From an uncultured Oscillospiraceae bacterium (lineage in GTDB: Bacteria > Bacillota > Clostridia > Oscillospirales > Oscillospiraceae), in assembly GCA_947624035.1 (NCBI GenBank), contig CANQIH010000001.1, forward strand, positions 1-40,980: DNA of 40,980 bases. Direction: 5' to 3'. Shown piece after piece: positions 32,754 to 39,775 of this stretch. A model generated the notes under the pieces. It did not search any database. It was not told where the DNA came from and was given only the letters and a program-made list of their open reading frames with translations. Both the position numbers and the translations under genes were made by a program. Position 1 is the stretch's first letter, and each line of letters begins with the position of its first letter.

Positions 32754-34091
32754 TCAGTAATAAGCGTACTCCACCTCAAAGGGCCGGTCGTTGATGGTGA
32801 GCCGGTCGCCCTGGACCAGCCGGTACGGCTGTTCCGCCGTCATGCGCGTGCTGTTGAGATACGTCCCGTTCACCGAGCCCAGGTCAACCGCGTAGCAGGC
32901 GTCCTCATCCTGATGGTATTCGATGCGCAGATGGCGGCGGCCGATACGGGGATCGTTCAGCTTGAAGTCGTTGTGCACTTCGCGTCCGATGGTGTACACC
33001 GGCCTGTCCACCATGATCCTCTGCCCCTCCACAGCGCCCTGCTCCGCCAGGATGAGGTATGTCCTCTTGGCGGGCTGCACCGGGGGAGGCACCGGCTTGC
33101 CGGAGGTATCCAGCAGGACGTTCTTTTTCTTTCTGGCAAAGAGCTCGGGCTTTTGACGCTTCAGGATCACCAGACTGACGAGGAGGATGGCGATCCCCAG
33201 AAGCAGATAGAGCAGGCTCGCCAGCGCCAGCAGGAGCAGGATGGCCGCCACCGGGATCAGGATGATGATGAGATACAGAGAGCGGTTCTCCACCGTCCCC
33301 TCCGGCGTGCTCTTGGCCGTCAGCTTGATGATCAGCACCACGATGACGCAGATGAGGGCGAAGGCGATGAGCAGCACCAGCGCGTTCGGCAGGCTGACGC
33401 CTGATATCTCGCTGCTCCCCTTCACATAGGACAGCACGCGCCCGCTGAAGCTCAGGGCGGAGGAATACGCCGCCGCATCGTCGCCGAACAGCACCGACTG
33501 CAGCTCCGCCGTGATGCCCTCGCCGTCCTCATAGACCAGCTTATTGCAGCGCACGAACTCGTCGATCACATCCTGCAGCGCGCCGTCGTATACGCCGGGC
33601 GTCAGGCCGTCCGACACGGCGTCGTAGCCCAGCTGATTGAGCCGGTTCTGCACCCGCGTGACCGCCTCGCCCTCAGCGCCGGGGAGGAGGTCGGCATACT
33701 CGCCGCCCTCGGGCGTGACCAGCGGTCCCTCCGTCTCGCCCATGACCCGCCAGTACAGGGAATAGGTCACGCCGTCCTCATAATAGGTGAACTCCGGGTT
33801 GAGGCGGCACACCTGCATCACCGCAGCCATGGTCAGGTCGTCCAGCTCCTTGGACTGGAGAACGGCATCGCTGGCGCCTGCAGTGTAGAACCCGAGTTCA
33901 TTGAGCCGCGCCTTGAAATTGATGACGTCGACACTCACGACGTTGGGATCGTCGTCGACCTTAAATATAAATTCGGCATCGAAGTCGAACTCGTCCCCCT
34001 CGGCGGCGTACGCCGCGGCCGTGAAGGACAGGACGGCTGCCACCGCCAGGACGGCTGCCAGTATCCGCATCATCTTATTTCTCAGTGCCAT
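32754..34091 (-). CDS. Membrane protein: signal peptide, two PG_binding_1-like repeats (exported), ~3 TM, cytoplasmic FHA domain
   Basis: Signal peptide ILAAVLAVAAVLSFTAAAYAAE. Repeats ARLNELGFYTAG...TMAAVMQV and VQNRLNQLGYDAVSDGLTPGVYDGALQDVIDEFV. Hydrophobic stretches LVLLIAFALICVIVVLII and LYLIIILIPVAAILLLLALASLLYLLLGIAILLVSLVIL. FHA reads YTIGREV...IGRRHLRI...SVNGTYLN. Confidence 0.82.
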   Translation of the reverse strand: MALRNKMMRILAAVLAVAAVLSFTAAAYAAEGDEFDFDAEFIFKVDDDPNVVSVDVINFKARLNELGFYTAGASDAVLQSKELDDLTMAAVMQVCRLNPEFTYYEDGVTYSLYWRVMGETEGPLVTPEGGEYADLLPGAEGEAVTRVQNRLNQLGYDAVSDGLTPGVYDGALQDVIDEFVRCNKLVYEDGEGITAELQSVLFGDDAAAYSSALSFSGRVLSYVKGSSEISGVSLPNALVLLIAFALICVIVVLIIKLTAKSTPEGTVENRSLYLIIILIPVAAILLLLALASLLYLLLGIAILLVSLVILKRQKPELFARKKKNVLLDTSGKPVPPPVQPAKRTYLILAEQGAVEGQRIMVDRPVYTIGREVHNDFKLNDPRIGRRHLRIEYHQDEDACYAVDLGSVNGTYLNSTRMTAEQPYRLVQGDRLTINDRPFEVEYAYY

Positions 34092-34145
34092 CGCCTTTAT
34101 CCCTCCTGCCGGCGGCCGGCATCACGGCCCGTCCGCCGGTCACTC

Positions 34146-35102
34146 TTATACACGTTCGTCCGTCTCGGATATGAGTATTTTTATCTCCGGGCAGAACATC
34201 AGCTTGCGCCGCGCCGCCTCTGCGGGCGATTCTATATGGCGCACCTCTCCGTCCAGCGGGGCGGTCTCTTCCAGATCTGCCGACGTCTGCTCCCTGGCGT
34301 CCGCGGCCGCCGCCTCAGGGATCCCGGATGCGAGACACCCCTCCAGATCGGTCCGTACCTCCGCGCAGCTGCCGTACCGGTCCTCCACGGCCTCCGCCGT
34401 ACACCGGCGGATGACCTCCGCCAATTCTCCGGGCGGCATCCCGGTCCACTGCGGGGCCGGAGACGGCTGCCCCCCGTCCGGTAGGACACGGCCCGTCACC
34501 AGCGTATAGAGCGTGGCGCCCAGGCCATATATATCCGTTCGGACGTCCGCGGGACTGCCCTTTTTAAACTGCTCCGGCGCCGCAAAGCCCCGGGTCCCAA
34601 GCGGCTGTCCCCCGGCCGTCTCCTGTTCGCCCGGCGCACGGGCGATGCCCAGGTCAAAAAGCCGGATCGACAGCGGCTCTTCAGCCAGGAGCATGATGTT
34701 GGCCGGCTTCACGTCCCTGCAGACCACCGGCGACGGAAGATCGTGCAGATAGCCCAGCACATCGCACAGCTGGATGCCGATCCGAACGGCCAGCTCCGCC
34801 GGCAGCGGTCCCCGCTCCCGGACCACGGCGTCCAGCGTCTTTCCGGCCAGATAGTCCATGACGATATAGACGGCGTCCCCATCCTCCAAGACCTCCTCCA
34901 CCCGGGGGAGCATGGGATGGTCAAGCCGCCGCGCAAGCTCCGCCTCCGCCAGCGCGCCGCCGGACGGCTGCCGCAGCTCCTTTACCGCCCATTGGCGGCC
35001 GGTGCTCCTGTCCACAGCAAGATAGACGGCCGCCATGCCGCCGCGTCCTATCTCGCCCAGAAGCTCATATTTTCCATTCAGCACTTTACCGGTATCCGGC
35101 AC
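34146..35102 (-). CDS. Soluble Hanks-type Ser/Thr kinase (STK-1), no TM segment
   Basis: GRGGMAAVY, WAVKEL, CRDVKPANIM (C in place of the H of HRD), DLGIARA and GTRGFAAPE. GTG start with AGGGGTGA upstream. Confidence 0.85.
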   Translation of the reverse strand: MPDTGKVLNGKYELLGEIGRGGMAAVYLAVDRSTGRQWAVKELRQPSGGALAEAELARRLDHPMLPRVEEVLEDGDAVYIVMDYLAGKTLDAVVRERGPLPAELAVRIGIQLCDVLGYLHDLPSPVVCRDVKPANIMLLAEEPLSIRLFDLGIARAPGEQETAGGQPLGTRGFAAPEQFKKGSPADVRTDIYGLGATLYTLVTGRVLPDGGQPSPAPQWTGMPPGELAEVIRRCTAEAVEDRYGSCAEVRTDLEGCLASGIPEAAAADAREQTSADLEETAPLDGEVRHIESPAEAARRKLMFCPEIKILISETDERV

Positions 35103-35121
35103 TGCGAATCACCCCTGCCGT

Positions 35122-35892
35122 TCAGATCATCCTGACGGCGACCGCCGTGATATTGTCGGTCTCGCCGCGATCCATAGCGCGCCTTGCCAGCGTGGAGAGC
35201 GCATGCTCCATCCCGCCCCGGCGCTTTCCCGCCGCCTTCCAGAGCGCCTCGCGCATCTCCCGCGGGGGCAGCTGGTGACGGAAGCCGTCTGAGCACAGCA
35301 AAAACACCGAGTCCGGACGGACGTCCTGCTCCAGGATATCCGGCGCGAGGCCCAGCGTCTCGCCCAGGCACTGGTACAGGATGTTGCGCCTCCTGTCCGT
35401 CTCGGCCTGCTCGGGCGTCAAAAGACCGCTGTCCGCCTCCCGCTGCACCAGCGTGTGGTCCTTGGTCAGCTGTCTGATATCCGCCCGGCTTATCTCGTAT
35501 ATCCTCGAATCCCCCACGTTCGCCGTGACACAGTGTCCGTCGTAGAGCAGGAGCATGGTGAGCGTGGTCCCCATATCCTGCCTGTGCCGCGCCGCGTGAT
35601 TCTCCAGCAGGGTGCTGATGCGGCGGAGGACCAGCTCTATGCCCCTCCGGAGCACGGAGAGATCATAGCCGTCCTGCAGCAGGATGGGCAGCCTCTCGTC
35701 AAACCAGTCCGAGAGCTCATGGACCGCGGTCGAGCTGGCGAGGTCGCCGTGGGCCCGCCCTCCCATGCCGTCGCAGACGGCGGCCATGACCAGCGGGCCG
35801 TTCACCGTCCTGGCTGTGCGGATCACCAGGGAGTCCTCGTCCACCGGCCTCCTCGTGCCCTTATCCGTATAGTGCGCCACCTGTACATCCAT
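35122..35892 (-). CDS. PP2C-family Ser/Thr phosphatase (PP2C-1), first gene of the T7SS operon
   Basis: AAVCDGMGGRAHGDLAS, LLCSDGF and TDNITAVAV. The ATG at 35892 has AGGTGA upstream. Confidence 0.88.
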   Translation of the reverse strand: MDVQVAHYTDKGTRRPVDEDSLVIRTARTVNGPLVMAAVCDGMGGRAHGDLASSTAVHELSDWFDERLPILLQDGYDLSVLRRGIELVLRRISTLLENHAARHRQDMGTTLTMLLLYDGHCVTANVGDSRIYEISRADIRQLTKDHTLVQREADSGLLTPEQAETDRRRNILYQCLGETLGLAPDILEQDVRPDSVFLLCSDGFRHQLPPREMREALWKAAGKRRGGMEHALSTLARRAMDRGETDNITAVAVRMI

Positions 35893-35928
35893 GCAGATCA
35901 CCTGCCGAAGCTATCACATAATAAGAGA

Positions 35929-35960
35929 CAGCCCGTAAAACTATTCCATTTTACGGGCTG
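35929..35960 (-). promoter_or_regulatory. 12-bp stem-loop in the T7SS operon leader (attenuator-like)
   Basis: CAGCCCGTAAAA, an 8-nt loop, TTTTACGGGCTG, followed on the minus strand by TCTCTTATTATG. It ends 36 nt upstream of the PP2C-1 ATG. Confidence 0.5.
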
Positions 35961-36025
35961 CTTTGCTGCGCGCGAGATCAGAGATCGTAATTTACTCCAG
36001 TGTATTATATTGTTTTTACTGCTTT

Positions 36026-36054
36026 ATTATAGCAAAGCAATCCAGCGTGCACAA
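36026..36054 (-). promoter_or_regulatory. Candidate sigma-A promoter of the T7SS operon (extended -10)
   Basis: Minus strand reads TTGTGC, a 17-nt spacer, then TGCTATAAT. A second TATAAT lies at 36004-36009. The region is AT-rich. Confidence 0.45.
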
Positions 36055-36116
36055 TACTTCTATTGGTTACAAATTTCTACATTTTGATATTCTGCGTACG
36101 TCCGGCGGGCATACGT

Positions 36117-36147
36117 ACCGGGCCAGCCGCATCGCGGCAGGCCCGGT
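36117..36147. promoter_or_regulatory. GC-rich palindrome with core AGCCGCATCGCGGC
   Basis: ACCGGGCC-A-GCCGC-ATC-GCGGC-A-GGCCCGGT. The same 14-nt core recurs at 38629-38642. Confidence 0.5.
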
Positions 36148-36155
36148 CTCTATCC

Positions 36156-36173
36156 ATATATATATATATATAT
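36156..36173. repeat. (AT)9 dinucleotide microsatellite
   Basis: ATATATATATATATATAT ends 2 nt upstream (on the plus strand) of the MATE stop codon at 36176-36178. Confidence 0.95.
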
Positions 36174-36175
36174 TC

Positions 36176-37564
36176 TCAGGTCCCCATGGCCTTGTCGAAG
36201 CCGTGGACCCAATCGGAGCGCAGATAGTAAATGAGGTATATGACGGAGCTGATGGACCAGGTCAGCGGGTATGCCCAATAGATGAGGCCGATGTCGTCGG
36301 TGAAATAGGTCACCAGGGCGATATAGGTGATGCGCAGCACGCACCATATGGACAGCATCACGAACATGGGCACGAAGGCCTTGCCCGCGCCCCGGCACAC
36401 GGCGGCGATGGAGTGGGAGAAGGCCAGCAGGAAGTAGAAAAGCGCCACGGTCCTGGCCTGCTTCACGCCCAGCTCGATGACGCCCGGCGTCTGGTCGAAA
36501 AGGCCAATGAGCTTCGGCGCGAAAACATAGCAGCACACGCCGATGCACTCCGCCAGCAGCACCGCCGCCCAGATGCTGAACCGGGCGCCCTTCCTGGCCC
36601 GGTCGTACTGCTTAGCGCCCAGGTTCTGGCTGATGAAGGTGGTGCTGGCCATGTTGAAGCTGGTGATGGGCAGAAAGCCGAAGCCCTCGATCTTGGCGTG
36701 GGTGCCGTAGGCCGCCATGGCCAGCTTGCCGAAGGTGTTGATCTGGGACTGGACGATGACGTTGGCCAGAGCGATGACGGAGTTCTGGATGCCGGAGGGC
36801 AGGCCGTAGCGGATGATCTGGCTCAGCATGTCCCGGTGAAAGCGGAGCTTCCCCCACTCCACCGTGAACACATGGCCCTTCTGCAAAAGGTACCCCATGC
36901 ACAGCACCACGCTGGCCGCCTGGGAGATGACAGTTGCCACAGCGGCGGACCACACGCCCCAATGAAACAGGGCCAGGAACACCGTGTCCAGCACGATGTT
37001 CAATATGGATGAGAATATGAGGTAGTAGAGCGGCCGGCGGCTGTCGCCCAATGCGTTCATGACGCTGCGGCATATGTTGTACATCACCAGGGCCAGGCCG
37101 CCCAGGAAGTAGTAGCGGAAATACTCCACCGCCTGGGGCATGACCTCCGGGTCCGTCTGCATCCAGCGCAGCATCGTGGGCGTGAAGAACACGCCCACCA
37201 CCGTCAGGACCACGCCGCTGACGATGCCGAAGGCGATGAGGGTGTGGATGGCCCGGGAGACGTTCTCCCCCTCATCCGCGCCGAAGTAACGGGATATCAC
37301 CACGCCGCCGCCCATGGCCGCGCCGGTGAAAAAGCTCACCAGCAGGAAGATCAGCGTGCCGGAACTGGTCACCGCCGCCAGAGCCTCCGTGCCCAGAAAG
37401 CGCCCCACGATGAAGGCGTCCGCGGTGTTATAGAGCTGCTGGAAAAGCTGGCTCAGGAAGATGGGCATGGCAAAACCGATCATGAGCCGGGATATGCTGC
37501 CCTGGGTCATGTTCACCGTGTGACGGGGCGGATCGATATGGGCTTGGGAATGGGCGTGGGGCAT
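36176..37564 (-). CDS. MATE-family efflux transporter
   Basis: GSISRLMIGFAMPIFLSQLFQQLYNTADAFIVGRFLG is the typical MATE N-terminus, and the protein has ~12 hydrophobic segments. The start may instead be the ATG at 37510. Confidence 0.85.
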   Translation of the reverse strand: MPHAHSQAHIDPPRHTVNMTQGSISRLMIGFAMPIFLSQLFQQLYNTADAFIVGRFLGTEALAAVTSSGTLIFLLVSFFTGAAMGGGVVISRYFGADEGENVSRAIHTLIAFGIVSGVVLTVVGVFFTPTMLRWMQTDPEVMPQAVEYFRYYFLGGLALVMYNICRSVMNALGDSRRPLYYLIFSSILNIVLDTVFLALFHWGVWSAAVATVISQAASVVLCMGYLLQKGHVFTVEWGKLRFHRDMLSQIIRYGLPSGIQNSVIALANVIVQSQINTFGKLAMAAYGTHAKIEGFGFLPITSFNMASTTFISQNLGAKQYDRARKGARFSIWAAVLLAECIGVCCYVFAPKLIGLFDQTPGVIELGVKQARTVALFYFLLAFSHSIAAVCRGAGKAFVPMFVMLSIWCVLRITYIALVTYFTDDIGLIYWAYPLTWSISSVIYLIYYLRSDWVHGFDKAMGT

Positions 37565-37699
37565 CGGGGCGCATAGTCTCGCTTTCTGTGGGATCTTGCA
37601 TATTCAGCAGATATGGATTATACTACTGCCCCCGGAAAAAAGAAATACTTATTTCTCACAAAAATCCACCACCGGCGGACATTTTTGCAAAATGCGTCC

Positions 37700-38479
37700 T
37701 CACCGGCCCTTGATGTGCCTGCCCCGGCGGGCGAACACCAGGTCCCGGTCCTCCTTCAGCTCCGCCTTCACCTCGTCCAGCCGCTCGCGCAGGTGCTCCG
37801 TAACGGTCCTGGAGGAGCGGAAGGGCTGGAAGAAGTGATACTTCTGGGCGTTCCGGTCCTGGATGCTGCGGATGTGGGCCTTGAGGTTCTCGTATTTGAT
37901 GATGACGTCGTTCTCATCGGCGAACTTTTTCAGCTTCACCACGATCTGGGCGGAGTGGGCCAGGTCGATGATGAACACACCGTAGAACATGCCGATGAAG
38001 AAGGAGAACGCCAGGTTCTGGGCCAGCCAGCTGAGGGCGCCCAGGATGTGCGGGTGGATGAGGAAGTAGTAGGCCGCGCCCATGACCGCCCAGAAGAAGG
38101 AGAATTTGGGGCAGATGATGCCCTGGATGTTGCCCCACTCGTCGGTGTAGTCCCAGAGGCGGACCTTGGCGATCTTGATGCTGAGGATGCCGGCTATGTA
38201 CTCGATGCCGGTCATGCAGACGGCCATCCAGACGAACAGCACGACCTTCTCCATTATCGGGTCATCGATGGCCGTGGCGTTTTCCAGGCTGGCGATGAGA
38301 AACAGGATGCACAGCCCCGCGCCGTACAGCGGCAGATAGGGTCCCGTGCAGAAGCCGGGGTTTATCCACTTCCGCTCCGGGTTGGCCGCGGAGATGAACC
38401 GCCGGAAGAAAAGCTCCAGCACCCAGCCGAACACGGACCCGATGAAAAAGAGGAATGCCAATGTGAGAAACAGATTCAT
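37700..38479 (-). CDS. Polytopic membrane protein, CmpB/DUF1113-like (putative ABC-transporter type IV family)
   Basis: FLFFIGSVFGWVLELFFRRF...NPGFCTGPYLPLYGAG resembles the family N-terminus. RBS is GAGGTGA. Confidence 0.65.
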   Translation of the reverse strand: MNLFLTLAFLFFIGSVFGWVLELFFRRFISAANPERKWINPGFCTGPYLPLYGAGLCILFLIASLENATAIDDPIMEKVVLFVWMAVCMTGIEYIAGILSIKIAKVRLWDYTDEWGNIQGIICPKFSFFWAVMGAAYYFLIHPHILGALSWLAQNLAFSFFIGMFYGVFIIDLAHSAQIVVKLKKFADENDVIIKYENLKAHIRSIQDRNAQKYHFFQPFRSSRTVTEHLRERLDEVKAELKEDRDLVFARRGRHIKGR

Positions 38480-38533
38480 ACCTTCACCTCATATCACGCC
38501 GGCAGCCGCGCCGGTTGACATTTTCAAATAAGA

Positions 38534-38542
38534 ATTATAGCA
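38534..38542 (-). promoter_or_regulatory. Extended -10 (TGCTATAAT) for the membrane-protein gene
   Basis: The minus strand reads TGCTATAAT about 55 nt upstream of the ATG at 38479. Confidence 0.4.
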
Positions 38543-38559
38543 TAACGCCGGAAGCGTGA

Positions 38560-38568
38560 TGCTATAAT
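38560..38568 (+). promoter_or_regulatory. Extended -10 (TGCTATAAT) for the TetR-family gene
   Basis: The plus strand reads TGCTATAAT, back-to-back with the divergent promoter. Confidence 0.4.
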
Positions 38569-38621
38569 GGGGCATGTTTTGCGGTTCCAGCAAAGCCGGG
38601 AGCAAAACCGCCTGAAATTAA

Positions 38622-38650
38622 TTATAATAGCCGCATCGCGGCTATTATAA
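38622..38650. promoter_or_regulatory. Perfect 13-bp inverted repeat (candidate TetR operator or leader hairpin)
   Basis: TTATAATAGCCGC-ATC-GCGGCTATTATAA lies between the predicted -10 and the TetR ATG. Confidence 0.55.
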
Positions 38651-38682
38651 CACATACGCGCGAGGCCATCAAGGCGGCCCTG

Positions 38683-39207
38683 ATGGCCCTTCTGGAGGAG
38701 CGGCCTCTCTCCCAGATCACCGTCAGGGACATCGTGGACCGCTGCGGCATCAACCGCAACACGTTTTATTACCACTACCAGGGCATCCCTGAGCTCATCG
38801 CAGAGATCGTGAACGACGGCGCGGAGGCCATCATAAAAAGCTACCCCGCCCTGGAGAGCCTGGAGGACTGCCTGGAGGCCATCGTCAAAACGGCCATGGT
38901 CAGAAAGCGGGCCATCCTGCACATCTACAACTCCGCCAGCCGGCATATCTACGAGCAGTACCTCTGGTCCACCTGCGGCCACGTGGTGGACGTGTACCTG
39001 GACACGGTGCTGAACGGACGCCAGCTTCCCGGCGGCGACCGGGAGCTCATCCGCCGGTACTACACCTGCGTGGCCTACGGCTGCATCTCCCACTGGCTGG
39101 CCTCCGGCATGCGGGACGAGGTCCTGCCCGATCTGCGCCGGATCACAGAGCTGCGGCAGGGTACGCTGGAGGAAATGATAACACGAAGTCTTGCCGGGAA
39201 TAAATAG
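38683..39207 (+). CDS. TetR/AcrR-family transcriptional regulator (N-terminus uncertain)
   Basis: ITVRDIVDRCGINRNTFYYHYQGIPELI is the TetR HTH (helices 2-3). The first ATG leaves only ~10 residues before it. Confidence 0.75.
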   Translation: MALLEERPLSQITVRDIVDRCGINRNTFYYHYQGIPELIAEIVNDGAEAIIKSYPALESLEDCLEAIVKTAMVRKRAILHIYNSASRHIYEQYLWSTCGHVVDVYLDTVLNGRQLPGGDRELIRRYYTCVAYGCISHWLASGMRDEVLPDLRRITELRQGTLEEMITRSLAGNK

Positions 39208-39246
39208 ACATTCGCGCCGGTCTGTCTGGATTTTGGTCATATGTCC

Positions 39247-39282
39247 GTCTCCTGTCCGATTCCTGGGCAGGAGACTTTCTTT
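39247..39282 (+). terminator. Intrinsic terminator after the TetR gene
   Basis: GTCTCCTG, a 13-nt loop, CAGGAGAC, then TTTCTTT. Confidence 0.65.
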
Positions 39283-39306
39283 GCCCATTTCAAGCGGTGA
39301 TGACAC

Positions 39307-39675
39307 GTGCTATCATGGCAGCAAAATAGAGTGCTCCGAAACATCATCGAGGACCCGGCTGATCCCTACCACGGTTACCTTATGCACATGATAAAGGACG
39401 TGGACCGGGAAGTGCTCACCGCGCTGGCCGTGAATTTTTTCATCAACGCCAACCTGACCGGCTGGCCCAGACAGAAGGAGCTTCGCAAGAAGTATAACTG
39501 CAACATCCCCTGGGCCATATTGCTGGACCCCGCCTCCGCCTGCAACCTGCACTGTACCGGCTGCTGGGCCGCAGAGTACGGCAACCGGCTGAATCTGACC
39601 TACGACGAGATCGACGGCATCATCCGCCAGGCAAGGACATGGGCGAAGAAGATTGAAAAATGCGTCTCATGGTGA
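39307..39675 (+). pseudogene. 5' fragment of a radical-SAM enzyme gene (truncated after ~109 codons)
   Basis: CNIPWAILLDPASACNLHCTGCWAAEYG contains the CxxxCxxC cluster motif. After ...EIDGIIRQA the frame runs straight into a terminator hairpin and stops. A radical-SAM core needs more than 200 aa. Confidence 0.7.
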
Positions 39676-39686
39676 GACGCATTTTT
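39656..39686. terminator. Bidirectional terminator at the truncation junction
   Basis: AAAAATGCGTCTCA-TGG-TGAGACGCATTTTT. Confidence 0.7.
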
Positions 39687-39775
39687 GTATTCCTTGAGCA
39701 CTACACTTGAAACGCAATGTCGCGGAAAATGGGACTTTTGATTTCAAAAATATCCCCAAAGGAAATAACTTTATA

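Noticed and set aside
27367-32760. 1797-aa plus-strand ORF opposite essC
   Set aside because: Same reasoning. The EssC frame on the minus strand carries FHA, TM and three P-loop domains, while the plus-strand frame has no recognisable features or RBS.
38524-39306. 260-aa minus-strand ORF
   Set aside because: It is antisense to the TetR-family gene, crosses that gene's terminator, and has no motifs.
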